Shown in pieces: positions 13,935 to 27,581 of a stretch of DNA of 64,000 bases. Source of the DNA: Octopus vulgaris. Lineage: Eukaryota. The stretch spans positions 39,246,001 to 39,310,000 of the forward strand of contig OX597839.1 of assembly GCA_951406725.2 (NCBI GenBank). The letters run 5' to 3'. The position numbers and the translations under genes are program-made. The notes under the pieces are model-generated. The model was given only the letters and a program-made list of their open reading frames with translations, was not told where the DNA came from and made no database searches. Every line of letters begins with the position of its first letter. Within the stretch, counting starts at the first letter, position 1.

Positions 13935-13938
<4 letters not shown>
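13308..13938. mobile_element. Inverted pair of a short hammerhead-bearing TA-inserted element (third copy 46168-46343)
   Basis: 13308-13428 is the reverse complement of ~13817-13938. 13381-13492 is itself palindromic. The 46168-46343 copy has lost the GAAAC box. Confidence 0.65.
13796..13833 (+). ncRNA. Minimal type I hammerhead ribozyme motif
   Basis: ttgt-CTGACGA-atg(GGAA)cgt-GAAAC-tctga-GTA-acag. Intact core, GNRA-capped stem II, near-palindromic stem III, GUA triplet. Confidence 0.7.
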
Positions 13939-14031
<93 letters not shown>

Positions 14032-14199
14032 GCAAAAATACATTGTTAGTATAAATAATGATAATAATAATCATGATACTTAAAACCTAAGTACCGAGTC
14101 TTATAATTTGTGGAAAGAGACCCTGTCCAACCTCCCAAAATTAACCAGAGCAAGTAATATCAAGACAACTGAGAAGAAAATAATTATTATTATCCTCCT

Positions 14200-14895
14200 C
14201 TCTAATTCTGGCACAAAACCAGTAATTTTGATGGGAGGGGCATGTTGATTACATGAAGGACAATACTCGACTGGAGCCTTGATATATCGATTTTGAAGTG
14301 AAAGAGTAAAGTTGATCTTGACAATTTAAAGAGCAGGAAGAAAATACTGCTGAGCATCTTGTGAGACGTACTAAAGAATCTTGCTCACTCGATCCCATAA
14401 TTTAAAATAATATTTTCTACTATAGGCACAAGGCCAGCAGTTGTGGAGGAAGGGTACAAAGTCGATTGCATTGAACCCATGAACTCAATTGTTAGTAACT
14501 TTATTGACCCCGAAAGGATGAAAGGCAAAGTTGACCTTGATGGAATTTGAATTCAGAATGTAAAGATGGACAAAATGCCGCCGAGCATTTTGCCTAGCAG
14601 GTTAATGATCATGCTAGCTCACCACCACCATAATAATAATAATGATAATAATAATAATAATAATAATAATGATCCTTTGTACTGAAAGCACGAGGCCTGA
14701 AATTTGTGGGGAGGAGACTAGTGTCGATTACATTGACCCCCCACCCCCCACCCAGTGTTTCACTGGTACATAAATTTATTGACCCCGAAAGGATGAAAGG
14801 CAAAGTCGACCCCGGCGGAATTTGAACTCAGAACGTAGCGACGGGCGAAATAGCACTAAGCATTTTGTCCAGCATGCTAAATGATTCCACCAGTT
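14200..14895 (-). mobile_element. Chain of three family-B SINE copies separated by (AAT)n
   Basis: Repeated ggcacaaggcc...gaccccgaaaggatgaaaggcaaagt...tttgaactcagaa at about 14205, 14415 and 14675. Confidence 0.8.
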
Positions 14896-15401
14896 CACCG
14901 CAATAATAATGATAATAATAATAATAATAATAATAAAACAATTAAGTTTCTTTTATATGAAAAAATGTGTATATACACATTTATATATTACACATCTTTT
15001 GAACATATTTATCATTATTATTATTATTATTTCATTATTATTATCAAAATGAGTTCTTACCAGTTTTTTTTCATACACACACAAACACTTACTTATGCAT
15101 ACACACACACACATACAGAATGCTGTATAATAAGCTATGTATAAACATTGTTTTTTGTAGATTCTCAAATATATTTGAAAACCAAAATTAAAAATAAAAA
15201 GAAATATATATAATATATATATAATACAACTAAAATAAATGAATACACAAATAAAAAGACTAAGTATATAAAGCATATATATATATGGCCTCACATGTAT
15301 GTATATGTATGCGTGTATGTGTGTGTCTATATATACATATATGTGTGTGTGCGTTTATAAATGTGTGGCATGTGTGCAATTATGTATATATGCATATGTA
15401 A

Positions 15402-15446
<45 letters not shown>

Positions 15447-15603
15447 GCACACATTTTTATACATGCATGCATGCATGTATGTATACACATAAGCACCATA
15501 TCTGTGCACATCAGTTTCCATGTATATAATGATTATATACAGTTGTCAGTACACATCAGCGTCACAGCTTATATGTTTAATTGGGTATGTATATATGTAT
15601 GTA

Positions 15604-15645
<42 letters not shown>

Positions 15646-16050
15646 TGTGTGTGTGAATGTGTATACATTCTAAATATTTCTTCAAAGTGTATATAAAATC
15701 AATATGGAATTTAAATATAAAAAAAAAAAACTTTACAGAGAATATGTATAAAAAATATTGCAAAATAACAAATTATATATACATTTACGCCAACAACGAC
15801 AACAACAACAATAATAGTAATTGTTTCAAATTTTGGCACAAGGCCAGCAATTTCAGGGGCGGTGGGGTTGTTGATTATATCAACACTCCAGTACTTGACT
15901 GGTACTTTATTTCATCAACCGCGAAAACATGAAAGGTTAAAGTTGGACGTGAGCAGGATTTGAACTCGGAACGTAGAAGAACCTAAATTAAATGCTGCTA
16001 ATTATTTTTTTTCTGACGTGCAAATGGTTCTGCCAGCTTTCCGCCTTACC

Positions 16051-16085
<35 letters not shown>

Positions 16086-16256
16086 TAAATAATAACAATA
16101 ATAATGATAATAAAAGTAGGAATAAAAAATTTTATGGAAAGAAAGATAGTAACAAAAATACATATATGTACATATATACATATATACACACATTCACACA
16201 TATTTATGCTCACTGCAACGCATTCAAATATATGTATATACATACATATATGTGCG

Positions 16257-16308
<52 letters not shown>

Positions 16309-16372
16309 TGAATAAAAGTTTAAATGTATATAAATATATACACGCACACATACATAAAATTTTAACCCCACA

Positions 16373-16423
<51 letters not shown>

Positions 16424-17511
16424 CATATACACACACGTATATATATATCTATATATATGTATATATATGCACATCAAGACAATGAGATGATAAAGTGAAC
16501 ACAAGGCGAACACCTTCATACAGGGTTCAAATCAGTGAAATCTACCTCAATATATGACTGGTATAATATTTTATCACCTTCACAGAATGAAAGACTAACA
16601 AACACTAACCATAGAAATAGCAGCCAATTCTCTCCCTCTCAAATCATGACTTGCAGTATTAAAACAGAAAGAAAAAAAAGAAGGGTGGGGGTACATTGGA
16701 TAATGTAGTCCCTCGTACATATCAAAATGATGAGATGTTCATGGTTGGAACGTCTTTTGATCAGCACTGACCTAGGGCTAAACAACAAGATGATCATTTT
16801 TGGAGGTGTCTGTGTTATCAGCTGGGCAGAAAGATCTTTTGTTGCTGGTGAATTTAAAGGGGGCATAGGAACAGAGGGTAGAAATACAGATGGGTAGACA
16901 TAGGGTGAGAGAGAGAGAGAATGGGAAGTTGTGGTCTGAATGCCTCTCCTCTTTATTTAACACAGGGTGTCTGTTATATATTGTATTAGTGCCAGAGATG
17001 AAGCAGAATGCACTGCACATCGATAAACCCTACAATCACACCCAGATGGACATAATAATAATAATAATAATAATAATCCTTTCTACTATAGGTACAAGGC
17101 CTGATATTTTGAGGGAGAGTGCAGTTGATTATATTGACCCCCATTGCTCAACTGGTACTTATTTATTGACCCCACCCCCAAAGGATAAAAAAAACAAACA
17201 AAATAGACCTTGGCAGAATTTGAACTCAGAATGTAAAGATAAATGAAATGCCAGACAAAATGCATTAGTGGCAGAGTTCAAATCCCGCCAATGTCAAATT
17301 TGCCTTTCATCCTTTTGTGGGGTCAATAAAATTAATACCAGCTAAGTACTGGGGGTTAATGTATTTGACAGCACCCTACCCCCACAAATTTTAGGACTTG
17401 TGCCTATATCACGAAGAAATAATAATAATAATAATAATGGTTTCTAATTTAGGCACAAGGCCAGCAATTTTGAAGGGTTGGGGATTGATATCATCAGCTC
17501 CAGTACTTGAC

Positions 17512-17708
17512 TCTCTTTTACTTGTTTCAGTCATTTGACTGCGGCCATGCTGGAGCACCGCCTTTAGTCGAGCAAATCACCCTGGGACTTATTCTTTATA
17601 AGCCCAGTACTTATTCTATCGGTCTCATTTGCCGAACTGCTAAGTGATGGGGACGTAAACACACCAGCATTGGTTGTCAAGCAATGCTAGAGGGACAAAC
17701 ACAGACAC

Positions 17709-17769
<61 letters not shown>

Positions 17770-17935
17770 TACGACGGGCTTCTTTCAGTTTCCGTCTACC
17801 AAAATCCACTCACAAGGCTTTGGTCGGCCCGAGGCTATAGTAGAAGACACTTGCCCAAGGTGCCACGCAGTGGGATTGAACCCGGAACCATGTGGTTGGT
17901 AAACAAGCTACTTACCACACAGCCACTCCTGCGTC
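17512..17935 (-). mobile_element. Family-A ~400-bp SINE with internal (TA)n/(TG)n, full length
   Basis: Head aggagtggctgtgtggtaag (A box), ggttcaatccca (B box), ggcaccttgggcaagt core, tail gactgaaacaagtaaaagag. About 25 copies or fragments in the window. Confidence 0.9.
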
Positions 17936-18402
17936 TAATAATAATAAACTTTTCTACTACAGGCACAGAGCCTTAAATTTGTAGGGTGGGGTTTTAGTCA
18001 ACATTTTTTTTTATTCTTCCCCCACAACTTCTCAAAGGAAGAAAGGCAGAAATAAACCATGGCTGGATTTGAACCTAAAATACAAAGAACTGTAGGTAAT
18101 TCTTTTATTTGTTTCAGTCATTTGACTGCGGCCATGCAGGAGCACCGCCTTTAGTCGAGCAAATCGACCCCAGGACTTATTCTTTGTAAGCCTAGTACTT
18201 ATTCTATCGGTTGCTTATGCTGAACCGCTAAGTGACAGGGATGGTAATGTTAAAAATACCAATGTGTGTTGTCGGTTGTTGTATCAATTCTCTCGGTCAT
18301 TCTACCAATTAACCAATCTTGTCTTTCATTCTACTGATTCTTAGCATCATTTTAGTGATTCCAATTGTCACATGACCAATTCTCATCCTGGCCATTTCCT
18401 CA

Positions 18403-18880
18403 TGAATCTTGGCTGTCAGTACACCAATTTCAACAGTCATCTTGACAAACTACCTATCACTTGTCCAATCTCAACATGCACTTCACCGTCATTCTATTAA
18501 TCCCAACAGTCATTTGACCAATCCCGTCTGTCAATTCAAGGATCTGTCATCACTTTGATTCTTACCAACATTTCAGTGAATCTCAGCTGTCAGTACACCA
18601 ATTTCAACAGTCATCTTGACAAACTACCTATCACTTGTCCAATCTCAACAGGCACTTTACCGTCATTTTACTGATCCGAACAGTCATTTGACCAATCCCA
18701 TCTGTCAATTCATGGATCTATCATCACTTTGATTCTTACCATCATTTCAGTGAATCTCAGCTGTCAGTACACCAATTTCAACAGTCATCTTGACAAACTA
18801 CCTATCACTTGTCCAATCCCAACAGTCATTTGACCAATCCCGTCTGTCAATTCATGGATCTGTCATCACTTCACCAATTC
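18403..18880. repeat. 174-bp tandem repeat, about 2.7 copies
   Basis: tgaatct..gctgtcagtacaccaatttcaacagtc at 18403, 18577 and 18751, with short ccaat-containing subrepeats. Confidence 0.9.
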
Positions 18881-19124
18881 TGTTCTTCTGTCTCCTGATT
18901 CTGACAACTGATTAACACAATGAACTACTACTACTAATATTTTCTTAGACACAAGACTACACATTAAGGAGTGGAGTGTGTGGGGGGGGTATAATAGGTT
19001 TTACTTGGTCCCCAGTACATGACTGGTACATTATGCGATCAACTCTTAGTCCCAGGATAATGGAGGCATGAAATTGACCTCAGAGAATTTGAAATGAAGT
19101 TTTGAAATTAAGTACAGTACAACA

Positions 19125-19725
19125 TAATCCTTTCTACAATTGGCACAAGGCCTGATATTTGTGGGGAGGGGACCAGGAACTTACATCGACACCCTGCCCC
19201 TTCCCCAGTGCTCAACAGGTACTTGTTTTTTTGAATCCCGAAAGGATGAAAGGCAAAGTCAACCTCAGTGGAATTTGAACTCAAAATGTAAAGACAGATG
19301 AAATGCCATGAAGCATTTTGTTTGACAATGCTAACGATTCTGCCAGCTTGCCATCTTAGAAAAAAGATAAAAATGATGGTTTCAAATTTTGGCACAAGGC
19401 CAGTAATTTCGGGTGGGGGGGGTCCCGGGGGGGGGGAAGCAGGGCTGGCCAGTTACACATCAACCCCCAATGCTTGACTGGTACACTTATTTCATTGTCC
19501 CTGAAAGGATGAAAGGCAAAGTCAACCTCGGCGGAACTTGAACTCAGAATGTGAAGACAGACAAAACGCCACTAAGCATTTTGCCCGGTATGCAAACAAT
19601 TCTGAATAATAATAATAATAATAATGATAATAATAATATGGTTTCAGATTTTGGCACAAGACCAGCAATTTCAGAGGATAGGCTAAGTTGATTATATCAA
19701 CCATGGTACTTGACTGGTACTTTGA
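19125..19725 (-). mobile_element. Chain of family-B SINE copies (further clusters 17075-17510, 21265-21795, 30345-30740, 58940-59540)
   Basis: Same diagnostic motifs as 14200-14895, each copy starting at an (AAT)n run. Confidence 0.75.
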
Positions 19726-20435
19726 TAACAACAACAAGAATAATAATATTAATAATGATAATAATAATGATTAATAATAATTATGATGATGATAATAATG
19801 GTGATGATAATTATGATAATAATAATAATAATAATGATAATAACACCAGCAAGTATATTTTTATATAGGCAGTGATGATATTCGTGCATTTCCTAAGGTC
19901 ATTATTGAATACTCAACACCTGGCAGGAGATGAGGGTCGAGATGTGGGAAGGTTTGCTACCCTCCTGGGGGGGGGGGGGGGGGAAATTGCTGAGAGTAGC
20001 GAGTTTGGCTCGGTTTGAATGGGCCTACCTTTCTCAAGCATTTGCACCCAGCAGTAGGCCCGGAGAACACAGCTGGTAGAGGAGAGGTGGGGGGGGGAGG
20101 AGGAAGAGGAAGAGGAGGAGGAGGAGCACTTTCCGCAAGGTAGTAAAAGTCATTTTGGGGGAAAAATCTTTCGGAGGTGGAAGGTGTGGGTGGGTGGGTG
20201 GGCGGGTGAGTCCCATAAACGACACTTCTGCTCTCCTCTCTCTCTCTCTCTCTCTCCCCCACACTTTTGGAACATACCATTCTCTACTTTTACTTTCTGT
20301 ATTCATTTACACATTCTTGATTCAGTACCGTTTCTCATCACCGTTCTTTGTTTTTCCGTAACATATGCAGGTAATATCCCGTTGTTTGCAGCCCTTGTGA
20401 CAAATATAAAGAACAGATTATTATTATTATTATTG

Positions 20436-20472
<37 letters not shown>

Positions 20473-21105
20473 AATAAATCTTTTTTTTTTTATATTTTGC
20501 ATGTTTGTGTGTGTGTGTGTTTGAATAAGGAATTTTATGGAGCACCAGAAATATTTACAAATAACACATCATCATCATCATCGTCGTCATGATGAACATT
20601 TGTCATCATCATCATCATCATCACCACCATAAACACTGTCAACAAATGTAGCACTCACCACCGCCACCACCACCACCACCACCATTAGAAGTATTGAATA
20701 AGGTTATGAGCCCTATCCCCTCCCACAACCATTGTCCTTTGGTTGATTAATGCGATAAAACTGTTTCCACCCCACCCCACAAAAAAAAAAAATTAAAAAA
20801 AAAAAACCTTGATAAATTCAATATGGTTTTCTTTAACTGGTTGGTCCTAACCTGAAGACATCTTGAATAAGCAGCTGAATGACCTCTGACACAAGGTCAA
20901 ACACCTTATGCCATCAAAGGTCACAGTAAAATTTCAAAATCTTTTCATGTCTTTTTCGTTTCAGACAAATATATATATATATACATACAGATATATCATC
21001 ATCATCATTTAACGTCCATGTTCCATGCTAGCATGGGTGGGATGGTACCACAAAAGCCGGCCAGGTCAAAGCCTGCACCAGACTTGTGTGACTGTTTTGG
21101 CAGGA

Positions 21106-21136
<31 letters not shown>

Positions 21137-22299
21137 TTATGTATATATATATATATATTTGTACACACACACACATATATATATGCATAAAATTACTTTA
21201 TCTTTGTGGCTTGACTTTACACACATCCTAGCAATAAAGTAAAATGGAAATAATAACGACAACAACAATCCTTTTTACAATAGCCAGAAGGGCTGAAGTT
21301 TTTTGGGGAAGGAGCTGGTCGATTACATGTATCCTAATACTTAAATAATAATAATAGTAATGATCCTTTCTACCTATAGGAACAAGGGCTGAAATTTTTG
21401 TGGGAAGGGGTGTAGTCGATTTCATTGACCCCCCAACTGGCACTTAATTTATCGACCCCCGAAAGGATGAAAGGCAAAGTCAACCCCAGCAGAATTTGAA
21501 CTCAGAATGTAAAGACAGATGAAATACTGCTAAGCATTTCGTTTGGTATGCTAACAATTCTGCCAACTAATAATAATAATAATAATAATGATCTTTACTG
21601 CTATAGGCGTGAGGTCAGAAGTGTTGAGGAGGGTTAAGTCAGTTGCATTGATCCCAGTGCTAAAACTGGTACTTATGTCATTGACCTCAAAAAGAAGAAG
21701 GGCAAAATCAACCTCAGTGGAGTTTGAACTCAGAACATAAAGCTGGATGAAGTATTGCAAAGCATTGTGTCAAGCTTGTTAATGATTCTGCTAATAATAG
21801 TAATAATAATAATAATAATACGATATTATTATTATAATAAAAGGGTAGTTATTTTGAAACAAGTTACACTTGGAAAACGCTTTCTCTCATCAAAGTTAAA
21901 AGCTTGTTAGCTCTCTCCTTCTCTATCTTCCTTCAGAGACATAAATTTGTTTGGTTCTATTTTGCTGGGTTTTATTGTCACTGTTTGGTATTTTGCTTGA
22001 AAAGCAGTAACCTCGAGTTTGTTTGCAACATATCTTTTATAAATATTTCAATTTTTTTCCTCATCAAGATATATTTTTTTTACGATGCATCAATGTTCAA
22101 AGCTAGTTGGTTAGCTTGCGATGTGCCCATCCGTTCCAGCCCTCACCACTATTCCATGAATCTACATTCTAATCAATTTTCCCTTCCCTTCCCTGATACA
22201 TCTCTCTCAATCCGCTCAGTCGAAGTTGACTCTCGGTCACTCATTGGATGAGTGTGCTCCAGCCAGTTCTATCCTGGGCCGCTTCTTTCAGATTGGCTA

Positions 22300-22550
22300 T
22301 GTCCATTTGGTTTAAGATTGGAAAAGGCACTCGGCAAGGTTGCATCCTGTCACCAGCAGCCTTCAACATGTACGCTGAAAAGGTCATGAGGAATGCAGGC
22401 CTGGAGGATAGCAGCATTGGAGTGAGGATTGGAAGAAGAAATATTAATAACCTTCGCTATGCAGATGATACAACCCTGCTGGCGGAGAGTGGTAAGGATC
22501 TGGAGGATCTTGTCCTGCTGGTCAAGAAAGAGAGTGAGAAATTTGGTTTC
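22300..22550 (+). mobile_element. RTE-clade LINE reverse transcriptase fragment
   Basis: WFKIGKGTRQGCILSPAAFNMYAE...INNLRYADDTTLLAES contains the QGxxLSP and YADD RT motifs, with RTE/BovB-like flavour. Truncated at both ends. Confidence 0.9.
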
Positions 22551-23604
22551 TCACTCCCTGTTACATAATAACCCTTTAATCTCTTTTGTAGTATTTTTTT
22601 TCTTACAAATTAGGTGTTTCTTGTACCAGATACGACTATCTTCTATCTAACATTTATCTCTCTAAGACAGCATCATGCCAAAAATGGGAAAGACAAAGAT
22701 CTAGCCAATACCTATAATTAAGACTAAGAGAACCAATACTGTCATCAAAGACTATTTGGACTCCTCCCCAATTCTTCCTATTATGTCTAAAACTTTAGGG
22801 TAACCACGTGAAGGCTGGTAATATAAAAGGGACTAGAGAGAGAGAGAGTGCGAGCAGGGGCAGAGGACTGGTGTAAGAATACCTAAGCAACACCAGAGAC
22901 CCCAAACTATCTCCTTCTAAAAGTCACAACCATGGGGCAGATAGCCATAATACTGATTTCAAATTTTGGTACAAGGCCAGCAATTTTTAGGGGATGGAGG
23001 TAACCTGATTGCCTTGACCCCGGAGCTTGAATGAATGTTACTCATTCTTATCGACCCCAAAAGGATGAAAGGCAGAGTCGACCTTGGTGGAATTTGAACT
23101 CAGAACATAAAGATGGACAAAATGCCGCTAAGTATTTCGTCTGGTGTGATAACAATTCTTTCTGCCAGCTCGCTGCCTTAGATAGCCTTTATATTAACAA
23201 TACAAACGGGATTGAGAGCAGCCTTTATTCAAGTAACTGAGGCCCTTCGGTAACACTTGGTAATCCGCAAATGGATCATATCTTGAAGTGAGAGATAAAA
23301 GAGAAGAGAAAAAGATGCCTTCTCAGAATGTGATTGATCAATACTAACAACACAATTCAAGAGGAGTAAACCTTTAAAAATATATCTGGGTAGGTTGTGT
23401 TCATGAACAGTGGACAGCAGACAACCTAGAAAAGGACAAGTCTGAAAATAAACCAAACGGCGTAGTAGTAAAAACGCCAGTGTGTGACTGGGTATGGTTT
23501 AATTTCCTCATAAAGAGGGTGGATGGAGTTTCTATGAACCTTCACTGGTAATCCATCTGATGATGTCACAAAAAAAAAAAAAAAAGAAATGAAAAACCAC
23601 TTAA

Positions 23605-23791
23605 CCCTTTCGTTACCAAACCGCCCCAAAAAAATTTTGGTTAATGTGACCAAACCGCCCAAAGCCGCCCGAATTTACCTATTCATATTTAAATGAGAAT
23701 ATCAGAGCAAATCTCTTTAGTACATTAGTGAAAATACGTATTATACTTCGTAAAGAGTTCAACTACAGTCAGAAATATAGTAATGAAAGGG
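23605..23791. mobile_element. piggyBac-like MITE
   Basis: TTAA-CCCTTTCGTTAC...GTAATGAAAGGG-TTAA. Confidence 0.8.
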
Positions 23792-24551
23792 TTAAAGAAA
23801 CATTATAGATAATGGCATAAATGGAACTGGAACCAGTGATGAAGGTGCCATGCCTAGGTATCCCATTGAGAAGCAGGATGGGCCTGGTTGTCAACCTGTG
23901 ACTGCTAGCATACAAGAATTAAAGAAAAAAATTCAGCAAAGAAATAAATGCAACTGTCATGGAGTGCCATTAATCCTTTAGCGTTTAATCTGGCCACATC
24001 CAGCCCAAATATTCTGCCTGTTTTATGTTAAAACTGACCAAACTCAACCTCTCACACCGACCCTAAAAAAATAGAAATACACCGTTGAAATCCTGAAGCT
24101 ACAAGAGAATGCCTGATTAGTTCAAAAGAATGTGTGTAAATAAACTTTATATTTGACAGAATAACCTGAATGCTAAATGTACTGAGAATGGCAGCATTGT
24201 GAAATATTTGAAACCACAGAGCAAAAGTTTTGTGACCAGGTCAGAATGACAAGGAAGAAAATCTGTTTAATAAGATTCAGAAGTGGAAATTATTGAGAGA
24301 AGAGTATACGAAGATGATAACGATGCAGATGAATGTAATATTGCTAATAATGAAGAGCTGATCAAGAACAATACAGATCCTCAAATGGCAGAAGAAATAC
24401 ATATCAATCTGCTTGAGGTGTCTTCAATGGTAACTGACACAGCCACCACCGATGAAGAAAAATGAATTGTAGATAGAGAAGTGGAGTTAGTAAGGACGGA
24501 GAATTTTGGAGTAATGTGTGACTAAGAAACAGGATCTTAAAGTTTTTATTT

Positions 24552-24937
24552 TGGAAGCACTCCGTCGGTTACGACGACGAGGGTTCCGGTTGATCCGAAT
24601 CAACGGAACAGCCTGCTCGTGAAATTAATGTGCAAGTGGCTGAGCACTCCACAGACACGTGCACCCTTAACGTAGTTCTCGGGGATATTCAGCGTGACAC
24701 AGAGAGTGACAAGGCCGGCCCCTTGAAATACAGGTACAACAGAAACAGGAAATAAGAGTGAGAGAAAGTTGTGGTGAAAGAGTACAGCAGGGATCGCCAC
24801 CATCCCCTGCCGGAGCCTCGTGGAGCTTTTAGGTGTCTTCGCTCAATAAACACTCACAACGCCCGGTCTGGGAATCGAAACCGCGATCCTACGACTGCGA
24901 GTCCGCTGCCGTAACCACTGGGCCATTGCGCCTCCAC
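24552..24937 (-). mobile_element. tRNA-Arg-derived SINE (OR-like), tail type 1, with TSD
   Basis: Head with A box TGGCCCAGTGG, TCG anticodon loop and B box GGTTTCGATTCCC. TSD gatcttaaagt at 24533-24543 and 24939-24949. Confidence 0.9.
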
Positions 24938-25732
24938 TGATCTTAAAGTAATACACATGTGAACAGTATCACCGAAACTAAGAGACTAATAAAGGCAACA
25001 AGTATAATGGTGGCAGAAAATATAGGATTTGAAGTAAAATGTTGAAGTGATGTGAATAAAACAGACAGAAAGATAGACAACGGACCATGGTGGAAGAGGA
25101 GGATCTTTGGAGACATAAAAAAGAATGCAGAATGATCTGTTAGTATAAGACAGAAGAAAGAATAGAGAACTGAAGAATCAGTGAAAATATAGCATGTTGG
25201 AAACAAAGGTATGATGTTGATTTCAAAGGATTACAGGTAGTAATCAAACTAAAACACATGCAACTGAAGAGAGTAAAACAAAAACAAAAAAATTGCTCGA
25301 TATGATCAGAGAATCAAACAGTATAGAGAAAACGGAATCTTCAAAACTGACCAAAAATAGATTTTTATCAGGAAATAAATGGAGAAACGAAGATTCTGGA
25401 ACAATATATTAATATGGGGTGGGGTGGGTGGAGAAGGAAACATACAACATTAATGCAAAGTGGATAGGCAAGATGAAAGAAACAAATATGTCTCCTTGAA
25501 GAAGACATTAAGATAAGTAAGGACATGTGAGTAAGTATTAAGATAAACAACTGAAAAGCATCCGGCTCAGATGGAGTTTGGGGTGGTTTGGATGAAGAAA
25601 TTTACAGTTCTACAAAAGGATAGCATAACAGTTAAGCAAGGTATCTTGAAGACCATACAGAAATCCCAGGTTGGTTGAACAGAGGCAGAACAATATTCGT
25701 TCCAGAAAGAAACATAAAGGGGAATGGGGGGA

Positions 25733-26104
25733 TGGAAGCACTCCGTCGGTTACGACGATGAGGGTTCCGGTTGATCCGAATCAACGGAACAGCCTGCTCG
25801 TGAAATTAACGTGTAAGTGGCTGAGCACTCCACAGACACGTGTACCCTTAACGTAGTTCTCGGGGATATTCAGTGTGACACAGAGAGTGACAAGGCCGGC
25901 CCCTTGAAATACAGGTACAACAGAAACAGGAAGTAAGAGTGAGAGAAAGAGTACAGCAGGGATCACCACCATCCCTGCCGGAGCCTCGTGGAGCTTTAGG
26001 TGTTTTCGCTCAATAAACACTCACAACGCCCGGTCTGGGAATCGAAACCGCGATCCTACGATCGCGAGTCCGCTGCCCTAACCACTGGGCTATTGCGCCT
26101 CCAC
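25733..26104 (-). mobile_element. tRNA-Arg-derived SINE (OR-like), tail type 1, with TSD
   Basis: Near-identical to 24552-24937. acataaaggggaa duplicated at 25712-25724 and 26103-26115. Interrupts the R4-like RT. Confidence 0.9.
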
Positions 26105-26760
26105 ATAAAGGGGAAACACTGTTGATGACTAAAGACCAATATCCTGTCTCCCCATCATGTGGAGGCTGTTAACCAGAATACTGGCAGATGAAATGAACAT
26201 GTTCTTGGACCAGAATAACATCTTACCAGAAGAGCCAAAAAAAAAAAATGCAAGTGTAGATGAAACAAAGATGAAGCATCAAGATGGCGTTAACTCCAGT
26301 ATGGCATAGATCGACTGCAAGGAAGCACTATACGGTTCCTCATTCGTGGATTCTAGAGTCTGTGAAAATATTTGGAATAGCACACAATATCGCGAATCTA
26401 TTGAATGCTGCTGTTGAACTCCCATCTGGGAGCCAAAGCTTAGGCCTTGTCAACATCAAACTTGGAATCTTTTGTAAGGAGATAACTTGTTACCCTTGCA
26501 AAAAGCCTTGTACCAAACTTTGATATCATCATTTATTTCATATGTCATGCAATGTTACGTAATACCAATGGGTCGATTGTATTTTCAAATCAAGAATGTC
26601 TGAAGAAGTGAACAAGCAATAGTCATTATTACATATTTGTATATACGGAATGCATTACATAACACTGTATGAGATAGGAAATAAAAAATGCATTTATGGA
26701 AACAAGTGTAATGTTGATTTGACTTCTTTCCTCATTTAAATTATTATCAATATTATTATT

Positions 26761-27130
26761 ACTCTTTTACTTGTTTCAGTCATTTAACTGCGGCCATGCT
26801 GGAGCACCGCCTTTAGTCGAGCAAATCGACCCTGGGACTTATTCTTTGTAAGCCCAGTACTTATTCTATCGGTCTCTTTTGCCGAACCGCTAAGTGACGT
26901 AAACACACCAGCATCAGTTGTCAAGCAATGCTAGGGGGACAAACACAGACACACAAACACATATATACGACAGGCTTCTTTCAGTTTCCGTCTACCAAAT
27001 CCACTCACAAGGCAATGGTCGGCCCAGGGCTATAGTAGAAGACACTTGCCCAAGATGCCACGCAGAGGGACTGAACCCGGAACCATGTGGTTGGTTAGCA
27101 AGCTACTTACCACAGAGCCACTCCTGCGCC
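26761..27130 (-). mobile_element. Family-A SINE
   Basis: Full-length match, inserted in (TTA)n. Confidence 0.9.
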
Positions 27131-27549
27131 TTATTATTATTAATATTATTATCACTATCATTATTGTTATTATTATTATTGTTGTTGTTATTATTATTAT
27201 TTACTCTGCGGGGCTTATATTAAACCTACAGGATCTTGCCTTGGTGTTGCGAACTGCTCCTGTTTGTGTTAATTAGAGTCTCAATCATCTTTCTTTGATT
27301 ATTGGAATACTATGCTAACAGGATCCTGTGTGATGTACTGATGAGCGATTGCCAGGGTTATAACTATCCCCTCAACCAATCAATAAATCAATATATATTT
27401 ATAATAATATGAGATGTTTTGGTATCCAGAAGACCCAAAGGGCAGGTAAGGCTATATAAGTGTTATGGAAGGATTGCTGTTAAGCTCCTGGTTCAATAAT
27501 AGCATGAGTGAGAAATCTAAGGTAGGTTGTGTGTGAGCATGTATATGTA

Positions 27550-27581
<32 letters not shown>

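Larger units (their letters stand above)
23830..26500 (+). pseudogene. Decayed R4/Dong-like non-LTR retrotransposon ORF carrying nested SINEs and a MITE
   Basis: Frameshifted remnants RYDQRIKQYRENGIFKTDQ/FYQEING (25298-25383), KASGSDG..WMKKF, IPGWLNRGRTI, RPISCLPIMWRLLTRILADEM..LDQNNILPEE (26133-26234), VPHSWILESVKIFG. Clade assignment is from motif recall; left boundary uncertain. Confidence 0.7.
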
